Source: Leptospiraceae bacterium (GTDB lineage: Bacteria; Spirochaetota; Leptospiria; Leptospirales; Leptonemataceae). Taken from it: 64,000 bases of DNA. The notes below the pieces were generated by a model, which saw nothing but the letters and a program-made list of their open reading frames with translations, made no database searches and was not told the DNA's origin. Shown piece by piece: positions 50,562-60,871 of the stretch. The DNA lies in assembly GCA_040217195.1 (NCBI GenBank), contig JAVJNR010000002.1, positions 480,001 through 544,000 of the forward strand, written 5' to 3'. The number at the start of each line of letters is the position of its first letter. Position 1 is the stretch's first letter. The position numbers and the translations under genes were made by a program.

Positions 50562-50585
50562 AAAAGGCCGCCCAATTGGGCGGCC
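50562..50585 (-). terminator. Intrinsic terminator after the TonB-dependent receptor
   Basis: Perfect GGCCGCCC-AATT-GGGCGGCC followed by TTTTCTTTT on the minus strand. Confidence 0.8.
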
Positions 50586-50613
50586 GGCCGATTCGCATCA
50601 TGCGATTTTATAA

Positions 50614-53600
50614 TCAGAATTTGTAAGATGCGGAGACGGAGAAGTCGGTGCCGATCGTATAGCTATTGTAAGGTAATTCGCTCCCCAGTAGAGGGAATTC
50701 CTGAACAGACTCATACTTTTCTCCCGTAATGTTCTTTATCGAAGCCTTCATGCTTAGGTTGTCATTTGATTGATACTCGAAAACCAAATCTATAAAGCCT
50801 TTCCCTTTCTCTACAACGTTTGGTTCTCCCTGGGAGCCAGCGGCCGAGATACGGTCCCCGTAGTAGTTGTAGAAAAGGCCTGTCGACATCGTCTTTGCCT
50901 CATCCAAGAAATAGCTAATCTTGGCATTGTAAACGAGGTCGGATTGGCCTTGGAGCTCGCGCTCCAGGTCTGTGGGAGATAAGAGAGCTTCTTTGCTGTT
51001 CAGGTCAATCAACCCTGCCGCAGAGAAGTATTGTTCAATCCATGGCCGAACCGTTACCTGGGATTTGATAAGGAAGATGTTAGCTTCAACCCGAAATCTG
51101 GTAAGAAAATCTTTTCGAAAATCCACCTCAATGCCCTGAATTTTGCCTTGATCCCCATTAGAGAACACGAAGGTTCTTGACCCATCCCCGCTAGCAGGTT
51201 GCCCAACTAATTCAATGGGGCTGGACAGATTCTTGAGAAAAAGGCCCGCTCCAATGTAATCTGTCGCAGATAGGTACCATTCCCAGCGGAAGTCGTAATT
51301 GTGAATATAGGTACGATCCAGGAAGGCATTCCCTTGGACCCGATCTGCACCATAATAGGGAGTAAAAAAGAACTCGGAGAGTTCTCGCAGGTCTGGCCGG
51401 GTTACTGTTTCGCTATAGCCCAATCGCAGATTCATATCTTTTATGACCTCATAAACGATATTCAGGCTGGGAAAGATATCATTCCCTCGATTCTCCCCTA
51501 CGCCATTGTTGAAGCGGTCGCAGATATTGGCTCCAATAAGTTGCGGCCGAAGGTATTCCAGCTCCCCGTCAAGGGTGCAACCGTATCGAACCTTTTCATA
51601 AGGACGGTCGCTTGGAAATGTAATAGTCTTCTGGTAGTTATCCTCATACCTGAATCCGCCAGTGACGCGCAATTTGCTTGTTACCGGTAGGTCAGTCTGA
51701 ATGAAATAGGCATGCAGTTTCTGATTGGCTTCATAAGTATCGTTCTGGCCTACTTGTTGCCCAAAACGATACTCCTGAGCGAATATACGGGCAGGGTTAA
51801 ATGTCACTTCACCAGGTGTGGGAAAAGTCTCAGCCACCCCTGGAGCCACGGCCAACCTCTGATACAGATAGGTCCGGGATTCAAAATCTTTCGTCCTATC
51901 AATTGCCTCATACCCGAATTTTAGCTTACTTTGTAATCCGTCCCACTGCTCATAGGGGAGTTCATAGGAGATCTTGAAGCTCTCCGCAACATCTTCCGTG
52001 CGCGAGTAGAAACGGCGGCCGTCAGTACCTATTCTTTGGGCTGGGTCTGCACTCCCGGGATTTTTTTCCCACCCACGGGTTTTGAAGTCTGGCTGATCTC
52101 GTCCGGCCAGCGAATATCCATAAGTCCACTCAATCTCGTGGGGCTTTCCGTTCGATAGGATGTTCGCTGCATGCTTACCTCCGAATGTGTGATGCAGAAT
52201 TTCATTTGCGATATACCCACTGTTCTCATTGATGAACTCACGTTGCTGAGGTTGGTCATTGTAACCCAGGCCAAGCCGATACTCCTTCTCTCCCTGTGTG
52301 GAATAGAAAGTGCGCGAAGTGAATTGATGACCATTTATTGGGGTAAACGCCAGATTAAGGTTATTTCCCCATAAGACCTCTTCAATGTGCTCAGTTGCGA
52401 ATTGCACCTGACGAAACGCCGGTACTGCGATGTCTGAGAGCAAGGACTCATTGCCAAAGGGAACGCTGATATCATATCGATAGTCTTCAGTTTTTCGCTT
52501 TCGATACTTGCGACTGTAAGAAGAGCCAAAAATATAGCCGAACTTCATGCCATTATCAAAAAGGATACTATCGCCAATAGTAAAACTCAGGCTCTTATCT
52601 ACTGGCGCCGTGATTCGACGCGGAGACCAATCTTGGTTGAATCCGGCATGGGCTAATTCGACTAAAGAGGCAGGGATCCCCCCCAGGGTGTCACCTTCAA
52701 CCAGCGGAGCTATATTCGGAAGTTCTCGAACTAACTGAGGAGGGGCCCATTTTTCTGAACCGAACCCAAAAAAATCGTTCGGTCCCAGTCCCAGGTAGTC
52801 ATTGCCTCCACCCTTCACTTGCTTAAAATGACGGCCGGTGGTGATGGAGTTATAGCCGAGGCCTGCACCCATGATCAGAGTAAATTCATCGGGATATTCT
52901 TTGGTTTCTATCTGAACCAATCCGCCAGAGAATTCGGCTGTATATTCCGGAAGAAAAGTCTTCATTACCCGAATATTCTTAATTAGTGATGCAGGAAACA
53001 GGTCCATAGGTATGACCCGTTTATCCGGAATAGGAGAGGCAATGTTTGCTCCGTTGAGCATTGTTGTGGAGTACCTTTCGCCCAGTCCGCGGACAAAGAC
53101 ATACTTTCCGCCGATTAGTGTAATACCCGTGACTCGTTTCAGGACATCTCCAGCGGAACTGTCCGGGCTTTTTTTGATTGCCTCGGCACTAATGCCGTCA
53201 GTCACGTTGGGAGCCTTTTTCTGCAAGGCCAGCAGGGAAGCCTCGGTGTTGTTTAGAGACCTGCCCGTTACTACCACTTCCGCTTCAGTAGCGGCCGGAG
53301 TGCCCATGGTCACATTTACGCTGACTGCCTGACCCGGTTCAACATTGACTACTCTTGAGCGGTTCTCGAATCCTACCATTTGATAGACGAGGGTGTAACT
53401 CCCCGGTGGAAGCTGTAACTGATACTTACCGTCGAAATCTGTCTGGGCAAACTGGTTTTGCCCCTGCACTATGACGGTAACGCCATACACTGGTTCGCCA
53501 GTGATACTATCGAGTACTTTGCCCCTAATCATTGATGTCTCCTGCGCCATTAGGCCGCCAGAAGGGACCACAATAAGCGAAGCAATCATAGCGATCCCGG

Positions 53601-53649
53601 AAAGCGCTGCCTTCACAGAGTAGGAACAAAGCCATTTTCCTTTATTCAT
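50614..53649 (-). CDS. TonB-dependent receptor with N-terminal carboxypeptidase-regulatory-like domain
   Basis: GKVLD..TGEP..G, TDFDGKY; plug VRGLGERY; RPDLREL, NYDFRWEWY; C-terminal YKF. Confidence 0.95.
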   Translation of the reverse strand: MNKGKWLCSYSVKAALSGIAMIASLIVVPSGGLMAQETSMIRGKVLDSITGEPVYGVTVIVQGQNQFAQTDFDGKYQLQLPPGSYTLVYQMVGFENRSRVVNVEPGQAVSVNVTMGTPAATEAEVVVTGRSLNNTEASLLALQKKAPNVTDGISAEAIKKSPDSSAGDVLKRVTGITLIGGKYVFVRGLGERYSTTMLNGANIASPIPDKRVIPMDLFPASLIKNIRVMKTFLPEYTAEFSGGLVQIETKEYPDEFTLIMGAGLGYNSITTGRHFKQVKGGGNDYLGLGPNDFFGFGSEKWAPPQLVRELPNIAPLVEGDTLGGIPASLVELAHAGFNQDWSPRRITAPVDKSLSFTIGDSILFDNGMKFGYIFGSSYSRKYRKRKTEDYRYDISVPFGNESLLSDIAVPAFRQVQFATEHIEEVLWGNNLNLAFTPINGHQFTSRTFYSTQGEKEYRLGLGYNDQPQQREFINENSGYIANEILHHTFGGKHAANILSNGKPHEIEWTYGYSLAGRDQPDFKTRGWEKNPGSADPAQRIGTDGRRFYSRTEDVAESFKISYELPYEQWDGLQSKLKFGYEAIDRTKDFESRTYLYQRLAVAPGVAETFPTPGEVTFNPARIFAQEYRFGQQVGQNDTYEANQKLHAYFIQTDLPVTSKLRVTGGFRYEDNYQKTITFPSDRPYEKVRYGCTLDGELEYLRPQLIGANICDRFNNGVGENRGNDIFPSLNIVYEVIKDMNLRLGYSETVTRPDLRELSEFFFTPYYGADRVQGNAFLDRTYIHNYDFRWEWYLSATDYIGAGLFLKNLSSPIELVGQPASGDGSRTFVFSNGDQGKIQGIEVDFRKDFLTRFRVEANIFLIKSQVTVRPWIEQYFSAAGLIDLNSKEALLSPTDLERELQGQSDLVYNAKISYFLDEAKTMSTGLFYNYYGDRISAAGSQGEPNVVEKGKGFIDLVFEYQSNDNLSMKASIKNITGEKYESVQEFPLLGSELPYNSYTIGTDFSVSASYKF

Positions 53650-53701
53650 TCTATATTCCTCGTGAAAAAATATTCCTAAATTTCTACTGACATTTGGCTA
53701 A

Positions 53702-54319
53702 TTAATCTCGGGCAAGGCTTACAACCTTGAACTTGCCCTGGTTTTCTAGTACGGTCCGGATGCCGGTGAAATACTCTGTCTCGCTTCCTCGCGAAAGCTC
53801 CACATGTTTCACTCTATGTAAAGTTACGTTTCCAAATTTCCGGGACGATTGCCATTGTATTCCCTTGATAACCCATTCTTGGTCTTTATAATCATCAATG
53901 AGCGATTCAAGATGACGCTGCTGAAAAAGATTGTGAACAAAGAAGGCTTTCTCAAAATTTCTGCCGGGATCCAGAGTGTAAACGTCAGAATGATGGATCC
54001 AATACGTGCGTATGAATTGATCATGCTCTGTAATGAATGAGACTTGGGCCTGTGCCTTCTGGCCGCGCAGTATGGAATTCATAAGATTCAATACTGGTGC
54101 CTCCCGGTCAGTGTAGGGGCTCTGTAGGGGAGTGGACAGGGATCGAAGTTCTTGGATTCTCTTCTCCCGTTCTTTCAGTTCCGCTTTAAGTTCAGGTGAT
54201 CGCTGATCCATAATGTACTGATCCATGTCGTTTGAATCAGCCTCGGAGCAGCCGCTTTGGTGTAGAACCAGTGTTATGATTAATAAGAAAAGTATGACTT
54301 TGGAAATATTTGGATTCAT
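53702..54319 (-). CDS. Hypothetical lipoprotein
   Basis: Hydrophobic signal then QSGC; lies between the lipoprotein and the TBDR. Confidence 0.7.
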   Translation of the reverse strand: MNPNISKVILFLLIITLVLHQSGCSEADSNDMDQYIMDQRSPELKAELKEREKRIQELRSLSTPLQSPYTDREAPVLNLMNSILRGQKAQAQVSFITEHDQFIRTYWIHHSDVYTLDPGRNFEKAFFVHNLFQQRHLESLIDDYKDQEWVIKGIQWQSSRKFGNVTLHRVKHVELSRGSETEYFTGIRTVLENQGKFKVVSLARD

Positions 54320-54333
54320 CGTCTTTAAGGGAG

Positions 54334-54356
54334 AAAAGGCGCCCCAGTGGGGCGCC
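54334..54356 (-). terminator. Intra-operon stem-loop / partial terminator
   Basis: GGCGCCCC-N3-GGGGCGCC followed by TTTT on the minus strand. Confidence 0.65.
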
Positions 54357-54367
54357 AGGTTTTATTA

Positions 54368-55672
54368 CTATTTATTTACCCAGTAAGTCCAGCTGCTGTA
54401 CCAATCTGAATCAGTCGCACTGTTTGCCTGAGTAAAAAAGACGGGTGCTGCACTGGGATTGCTCGCAGACCAATCCGTCTGTACCACTGCCGACCGGTTT
54501 ATTGAGGTAACAGAACCACAGCCGTTCAAGGTGGCTGTGCCGGTATTGTCGTTGTCGGTGAAAGAGGTGAAATCTGATCTCAAGTTACTGCCGCAATTAA
54601 GAGTCGTGGTTGCGCCAGCATCCTTCCCTTCTACTTCTCCAAGTTCAGCATAACTTACCACCACGCCATTCGATAGGCTCGTAACGGTGAGGCCCTCGGT
54701 GAAATACATGCCCTGGTGGTCTGTGTTACTGTAGTCCGAATTCAGTCCAACCAGAGTGAAGTTGGAGATGGTCACTTGAGAGCAGCGATTATTAGCATCG
54801 CAACTACCGCCGTTATCGGCTCCATCCATTTCAAAACCACGAGGGTTGGAGCTAATGGAAACGCCCGAGGATTGTGGATATCTGTAATCAATAAGGTAAT
54901 TCAGAGTTCCTCGGTATCCACGGTCTGCATCGAATGTGTCATCGCCAACACCACTACCTACTAGATGATCAGCGTTGGCCGCTCCGCCAAACCATTCAAA
55001 GCCATCATCTTTGGTCATATGGGCTTGAAGATAGCTTAGGGTGGTCCCGCTGCCCACCGAGTAGAGAGACAGAGCATTCAATTCCTGGTCAGTTGCGACT
55101 TCAAATCCAGCGTACTCGAAACGAGCATAGGTAATGCTACCTGAGCTGTCCGAGTCCGTGGAACCGGCACCATAGGGCTGTGGAGAAGTTCCTTCGGTGT
55201 TATCGGACTTGGAAGCTGTGGCGTTCCCAATAATTACTAGCCCGCCCCAGTCCGCAGGTGCGCGCGATCCCGTAGCCTGTGACGAAGTGAAGATAATAGG
55301 AGCTCCCGACGTCCCGTTAGCAACTATGTCAGCTCCGTTCAGTACGAATAGACTAGACCCACTTCGACCTTGAACACAGGATCCAGCAGGGATAGTGATG
55401 GTAGCACCGCTCTGAATAAAGACAGTGCCATCCAGGGCCGTACAATTCCCCCAGGTTTCTGACGAGGTAATTGTGCCGCTCTTTGTGACAAATGAGCTTG
55501 AATCCGGGCAGTAAGTGGTGCAAGAATTGCTCCCACTACCGGCGATCAAGGCCAATGCGAGAAGAGCATCATTGTTCTCTTCGTCTTCGAGACCTAGCAG
55601 GCTACATTGCGCAGTGAGTGCTGAAACAGCAATCAGCGCTGCAGCGCTTTTAAGCATTTTCATTCCTTTCAT
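54368..55672 (-). CDS. TBDR-associated surface lipoprotein, probable parallel beta-helix
   Basis: Lipobox TAQC; GT...PIIFTS, DWGGLVIIGNA, SG...Y.R.EYAG, DDGFEWFGG, DD.FD.D.GY.G. Confidence 0.8.
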   Translation of the reverse strand: MKGMKMLKSAAALIAVSALTAQCSLLGLEDEENNDALLALALIAGSGSNSCTTYCPDSSSFVTKSGTITSSETWGNCTALDGTVFIQSGATITIPAGSCVQGRSGSSLFVLNGADIVANGTSGAPIIFTSSQATGSRAPADWGGLVIIGNATASKSDNTEGTSPQPYGAGSTDSDSSGSITYARFEYAGFEVATDQELNALSLYSVGSGTTLSYLQAHMTKDDGFEWFGGAANADHLVGSGVGDDTFDADRGYRGTLNYLIDYRYPQSSGVSISSNPRGFEMDGADNGGSCDANNRCSQVTISNFTLVGLNSDYSNTDHQGMYFTEGLTVTSLSNGVVVSYAELGEVEGKDAGATTTLNCGSNLRSDFTSFTDNDNTGTATLNGCGSVTSINRSAVVQTDWSASNPSAAPVFFTQANSATDSDWYSSWTYWVNK

Positions 55673-55738
55673 TCTATTAAACTCCTCATTCGGTCAATGG
55701 ACCGTATGGATATTGATAAGTGCATATATCACTCGCAC

Positions 55739-55777
55739 TGTGACATACTTGTGTCGTCACAGTGAAGAATCTGTGGT
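55739..55777 (-). promoter_or_regulatory. Tandem 11-bp direct repeats, Pho-box/OmpR-family-like
   Basis: Plus-strand GTGA/GTGT/GTGA/GTGG at 55740, 55751, 55762 and 55773; minus strand reads ACCAC-N6-TTCAC-N6-GACAC-N6-GTCAC. Confidence 0.6.
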
Positions 55778-56006
55778 GCAGCGCGCCTACGCATTGCACT
55801 TCAAAATTCCTTACGAATTGAGGAGAATATGCTTACAGAGCAGTGACACTAATGTGCCGTAGGTATTACGATTGTGTGTCTCGGGCTGGCCGGACACTCG
55901 ATGCTGGAATGTGGCGTCTTCCCTTGGTCAGGCAAGCGATTGAGCGAATGGGAACAGATGCACCCCACCCATTCCTGAAGGAAAGGGTGGGGGGCGAAGA
56001 AATGAC

Positions 56007-59000
56007 TTAATCCTGAACGAACTCTAGCCAGTAGCCGCGGTGCAGGGCCCTTTGGTTTACGACCTGGAAAGTTGTGCCAGTGAAAAAGTTGTTCACAGCC
56101 GGCGAGAGGGTGTTCTGCAACCTTCGACAAATATCGTCATTCGGCCAGGAATGGGGCATGATTTGCGTCAGGTCTGTTGATCCAGCCTGGCATTGCCATC
56201 CTTCAAAGAAATTCATAGAGCCGGAGCTTCCACTGGAGTCTACCCTGTGGCAAGTGTGATAGCTAAATCGACATGTTACTTCCTTCCATTGATACGGTTG
56301 GTAACCTCCGTGCGGCGTTCTTTGAACGTTGTAAGACCAATGCCAGTTCGGATCTGGCGTGGCTGGTGGTGAGCCGGGGGGAAAGTACTGGCTGCCTCGT
56401 CCTTCAATAAAGCCTGCCTGGATGGATTGACTAATGGATGCCGTTTTCGCACCACCGGTGCAGCTACCTGGATCGTCCGTGAAAGAGTAGTCCAGCTGAT
56501 AGTCGCCGGTTTCGTCCGGACGGATCGTAACGAATTTTCTTTGATCAGGCCGAATGTCGATCAGAGGGTTCACCGCGCTACCACCAGGTCGAGAGACGAG
56601 ATCAATGGTCTCATCATAATTAGCTGTATTGGCCTGACAGGAAGCCCCATCTGGATCGGTGGCTACCATCTCTGCACGAAATGGTCCGAAATACTGCCAG
56701 GAGGAGCTCCAAAAGCTTCGATATCCTGTTGTATTCCAGCGAAAGGGGTAGGTGGGATAGCTACCTGTTGGAAATATTGCCCGGCCAGGATTCGTGGGCA
56801 CCAGGCTGGCAAAAGGGGCAAGATTTGTGTTTTTTACTCGGACAAAGCCAAATTGATGAGGATCGTAGAATACATTGCTGCTACTACTTCCAGAGTTAGC
56901 AAGGGAAGATCCATCAGGTGAATCGAAAGGAAGGGAATAGGCTACGGGATTCGCATCATTACTGCCAGCCAGGATTATACCGAATTCGGGGAATACATGG
57001 ATACGACCTGCTCCCAGGGGGTTCGGAGATGTGTCAACTACCGTTAGATGCCCATTCGCCTGATTGATTTCAAAAACCCGTACTGTGTTGCTTGAGGAAT
57101 CGGCTACATAAAGGTATCGACCGTTTGGGTGTATAGAGGCTTGACGGTATGCTTCATGTTCCAATTCGAAGGAGTAGCCGCTTTGATCAATACTCCAGTC
57201 GCCGGCTCTATCAATTGTATAGAGCTTGATCTGCTGATAGCCCATTACATATACAAAAGTATTGTTCGGATGAATAAGGACATGATAATCCTCTGTTGAC
57301 ATTCCAAACCCTGCTTTGTATCTCTCGGTGAGATCTCCGTGGCTATCTGCTGTAATGACCGCATGATAACCGTAATCGTCAGCCTTGGCTACAATCAATG
57401 ATCCATCCGCAGAAATGTCAGCGGGTCTCGGGAAGCTACGTGGGGCTACGTTATGATAACCTGCCAGCGTCAGGCTTCCATCGCCTGGATTAATTCGGTA
57501 ATGTGCAATACAGGCTGGAAATGTGCCTCCACAGTAGCCATTGGCCGTGAAAAAGACGTAAGCGTTTCTACCATCCGGAGAAAAGCGAATTCGGTCTCCC
57601 GCCGGGCCTGCAATTGCGCCGGGTTGATAGAATTGTACTAAAGACAATGCCCCAGTATTTTGATCGATTCTATAATGGCCGATCAGAGGATCTCCGTTTG
57701 CCTGCGTCTGCTGAAAAGCATATAGATACTGTCCCGAAGGGTGGACACCAATGGTATTTACCTGATGCGCTGTTTGAAGTTGACCCGCAGGGTCCAGGGA
57801 AAGATCTTCCAGATTGAACGTGGCCCAATAGATTGCCCTGCGGTCATCTGCCTGGTTTAGCCAGTACGCAAACTTGGGGTAATCCCCTGCAATAATCTCC
57901 ACGTCCAGGTCGCCAGCATCCGACACTGCCAGATTACCGGCCGCATCTCGAGCCCATATTCTATAGCTGTGGCTGCCGATGGGCAAATATTGCATGTTAC
58001 CAGGCATTTCGGTGGTCCATCGAGAATCTGAAAGCTTTGGGGTTTCTCCGTTGGTGGAAACCAGCCATTGAGTAATACCCACATTGTCCGTGGCATCAAT
58101 GTCAAAGGTCAGTAGCGGATACCCCGTGGGGCTGGGACTGGTTCGAGTCACCGAGTTGAACACCGGAGCCTCCGCATCTGGATTGCGCGGATCTGTATTT
58201 GCGATAATTTCTTCTAGGTCTGTAAGTCCATCGCCGTCGGAGTCCTCTGTTGTATGCAGAGTCCTTTGTCCACTTGCATAGATGTGATCCGGATTCAGTT
58301 CATAAGCATCTTTAATTCCATCATCGTCCGAATCCAGGTCTGTGGAGAGTTCTACCACCTTTGCAATGGAATAGTCTCCGCCGGAGTCCACGCTGAATAT
58401 GGAGAAATAGTAGGTTTGGTCTTCGTTCAATCCTTCCGCTGTATAGATTTCAGTGGAATGCTCTACGCCCACAGCCGGGCTACCTTCAGAAGGCGAAAGG
58501 GTAGGGGTATTCAACTGCCGACGAATTACTACATTCTGGATGTCGACTCCGTCCGGAAGAAGCCAGAATAGCGTCCCCTGATCGCTTCCTGGTATGGCAT
58601 GAGTGTTCTCTACTTGCGGAATGCCGGTGCTTCCATCAAAGCCAGCGCACAGGCTGCTTGCAGGTTCGGGAATGGAAGAGGGTACCGACTTTATGGCCAG
58701 CCAGTAATTTGTATCCACATTGGTAAATCCAACAATGCCGTTACGGTTTCCGGGGAGGGTAATGGACTCATTCTCGGACATGGTACGGGCAAATACTTTA
58801 TAGTGACCTACTGCATCGGTAGTCTCAATGGTTCGGCCTGTGTCCGAAAAACCCAGGGATGTAATCCAGGGCGCATCGGATGGTCCCCTGGAGTCATACA
58901 TCAAATAGATCACCAGATTGTCTGGTGCGGTGAATTCTATGTAGTTTGTGGCGGTACTTTGTTTGTGTTGCGCGAAGGTCCCGCAGAAATCCAGGCCTGC

Positions 59001-59777
59001 AGTGGGTGTGCCTCCGTTGCAAGTTGCAATTCCCAGAGCTCCTTCCAGGCCCAGTTCGCTAAAATCGGTGCTACCCTGGATGACGTAGTCCCGGTCGTTG
59101 TAGTACCTGAAATTTTCGCCGATGACCATATACTGAGCGTTGCCACCGCTAAGATTGGCTCCGTATTCATCAATAATACATTGTGGAGGGGAGGCTACAG
59201 CTTGTCCGGAAGGCACGGGTAATGCGGTAAGTACAAAGGGTGTAAAATGCGTTGTATAGACAGTAACGGTGCCGTTCTCCGTGTCCACGGTTACGTTTCG
59301 CACAGGATTCCAGCTTCCGGTCTGTTCACTGTAGTAGAATGCAGTGAATTCTTCCATGAAGCCTGCCTCTGCCAGAGCCTCACCATCGTATTCGTATACC
59401 AACTTGGCCGGCTGGTCCTCCGGAAGATTGACTGAGCTTCCATCCTCTATTCCAGTGGCGGCAAGGACTCTTGGATCCAATTCTACGTCATGGACCTTGC
59501 TCACAGGAACAAACCTGCCCGGTAAGTTGGATGGCCATTCTACCTCTGATTCCGCCACGCTGAAGGCTTCTGCAGGGATCTCCCCGGAGAGCTCCAGCCC
59601 CGGGTCTGATGCGAGTACCACGGGCGCCGGATTTGCGTTGGGCTCATGTCCTAGAAAGGCCATCCATGCAGGAAGCCCTCCATCATCCTTGCTTCCATTT
59701 TCGTTTAGCACAGCAATACAATGGGAGCTGCCCAGTATGAGAACTGATAGTAATGTAGTAATGAGTATTCGTTTCAT
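56007..59777 (-). CDS. Large multidomain surface lipoprotein (ZU5-like, FN3/Ig-like, DxDxDG Ca-binding repeats, lactonase-type beta-propeller)
   Basis: Lipobox SSHC; TTHFTPF; DSDDDG/DSDGDG; repeated HPSGQYLY/SPDGRNAY/HPNGRYLY blades. Confidence 0.8.
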   Translation of the reverse strand: MKRILITTLLSVLILGSSHCIAVLNENGSKDDGGLPAWMAFLGHEPNANPAPVVLASDPGLELSGEIPAEAFSVAESEVEWPSNLPGRFVPVSKVHDVELDPRVLAATGIEDGSSVNLPEDQPAKLVYEYDGEALAEAGFMEEFTAFYYSEQTGSWNPVRNVTVDTENGTVTVYTTHFTPFVLTALPVPSGQAVASPPQCIIDEYGANLSGGNAQYMVIGENFRYYNDRDYVIQGSTDFSELGLEGALGIATCNGGTPTAGLDFCGTFAQHKQSTATNYIEFTAPDNLVIYLMYDSRGPSDAPWITSLGFSDTGRTIETTDAVGHYKVFARTMSENESITLPGNRNGIVGFTNVDTNYWLAIKSVPSSIPEPASSLCAGFDGSTGIPQVENTHAIPGSDQGTLFWLLPDGVDIQNVVIRRQLNTPTLSPSEGSPAVGVEHSTEIYTAEGLNEDQTYYFSIFSVDSGGDYSIAKVVELSTDLDSDDDGIKDAYELNPDHIYASGQRTLHTTEDSDGDGLTDLEEIIANTDPRNPDAEAPVFNSVTRTSPSPTGYPLLTFDIDATDNVGITQWLVSTNGETPKLSDSRWTTEMPGNMQYLPIGSHSYRIWARDAAGNLAVSDAGDLDVEIIAGDYPKFAYWLNQADDRRAIYWATFNLEDLSLDPAGQLQTAHQVNTIGVHPSGQYLYAFQQTQANGDPLIGHYRIDQNTGALSLVQFYQPGAIAGPAGDRIRFSPDGRNAYVFFTANGYCGGTFPACIAHYRINPGDGSLTLAGYHNVAPRSFPRPADISADGSLIVAKADDYGYHAVITADSHGDLTERYKAGFGMSTEDYHVLIHPNNTFVYVMGYQQIKLYTIDRAGDWSIDQSGYSFELEHEAYRQASIHPNGRYLYVADSSSNTVRVFEINQANGHLTVVDTSPNPLGAGRIHVFPEFGIILAGSNDANPVAYSLPFDSPDGSSLANSGSSSSNVFYDPHQFGFVRVKNTNLAPFASLVPTNPGRAIFPTGSYPTYPFRWNTTGYRSFWSSSWQYFGPFRAEMVATDPDGASCQANTANYDETIDLVSRPGGSAVNPLIDIRPDQRKFVTIRPDETGDYQLDYSFTDDPGSCTGGAKTASISQSIQAGFIEGRGSQYFPPGSPPATPDPNWHWSYNVQRTPHGGYQPYQWKEVTCRFSYHTCHRVDSSGSSGSMNFFEGWQCQAGSTDLTQIMPHSWPNDDICRRLQNTLSPAVNNFFTGTTFQVVNQRALHRGYWLEFVQD

Positions 59778-60123
59778 AATTGTTTCCGATAGTCGTTACC
59801 TAAAACGGTAATATATATTTAGTACCGGGTCATGGATCAGTGCTGGCGAATCCAATGTCAAGGTACTTGGGGACCAGGTTGCAAAAACTAACGTTAAAAT
59901 GATAATTCGCTTTCCCTTGTTTCGGAATCATTGCGAAAGGATGTCTTTAATGTTACAGAATTATTGCGATAGCGTGTCTGGCCGATGGTGTAGCCGGGAA
60001 GCCATTGGATAGATCCGATCAGGCCATTCCCTGCCTGTATTCCGGGAACTATGGGTGAAGCGAAAAAATATCCGTCGAAAGTCGGTTCGGCACCTGTGTG
60101 CAACCGGACCGAGGTCCGGCGAA

Positions 60124-60732
60124 TTAAATCAACTGAAAACGAATGGGAACGTTGATCTTAACCGTAATGGGCTTTCCTTCTTTATAGGCCGGGGTGAATC
60201 GCTTGGAATAGTATGTCTGAACAGCCGATTGATCCAGGCCATGCCCCAGACCTTTCAGCACTCGGGCGCGAAGGACTCTACCATCTTCGCCGATTACCAG
60301 TTCCAGAACCAGCATTCCTTCAATACCCGCGCTTCTGGCTTCTGGCGTATAGGGAGGTTTGACTCCAGGACTGAGATCCACCGGAGGAGTAGCTCCAATG
60401 GCAAAAGGATTCTGAGCACCAACGATTCGCTGGTCTTCTACTTTCTCTTTCTTTAGTTCATCGGTTTTGCGGATTTCGCCTTCTGCCGGGGGAACTTCTA
60501 CATCCGGCTGCTTGACTTTTACGTTGTCCACAAATTGGATTTCTTCATAGATATCTTCATCTGTGTTAAAAGCCTGGGGAGGAAAATACATGAAATATAG
60601 AAACAGGAACTGAAACGTACCGGAGAGCAGGCCCAGTACCCAGAATCGATTCTGATGGAACCAGATGGCAAATTTCTCTTTGCCGGTCCTTTGAATGGTA
60701 GGACTATTCTTTGTGATTTCTGCAGCAGTCAT
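60124..60732 (-). CDS. tonB: Energy transducer TonB (short)
   Basis: N-terminal TM; C-terminal PPYTPEARSAGIEG...IGEDGRV...GLGHGLD..A...RFTPA..EGKP. Confidence 0.9.
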   Translation of the reverse strand: MTAAEITKNSPTIQRTGKEKFAIWFHQNRFWVLGLLSGTFQFLFLYFMYFPPQAFNTDEDIYEEIQFVDNVKVKQPDVEVPPAEGEIRKTDELKKEKVEDQRIVGAQNPFAIGATPPVDLSPGVKPPYTPEARSAGIEGMLVLELVIGEDGRVLRARVLKGLGHGLDQSAVQTYYSKRFTPAYKEGKPITVKINVPIRFQLI

Positions 60733-60871
60733 AATCTATATCAAATCTTCGTATTTATCCCTGTTTCTGATTCGCGGATCATCGCTAACCAGATAACTGG
60801 GCCGGGAAAACTCATTAAAAGTGATGTATTCCAATTGATGCATTCCAATTGCCATCCATGGCTATCCTGAT

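Noticed and set aside
55963..55992. CCCCACCC...GGGTGGGG hairpin after the giant lipoprotein as an intrinsic terminator
   Set aside because: The hairpin is real but has no U-tract on the coding strand, so it is left uncalled.
59778..60123. Riboswitch or Pho box upstream of the giant lipoprotein
   Set aside because: The GTTAC/GTAA motifs are not at 11-bp spacing, and I could not recognise a cobalamin or TPP consensus; an Rfam scan would be needed.
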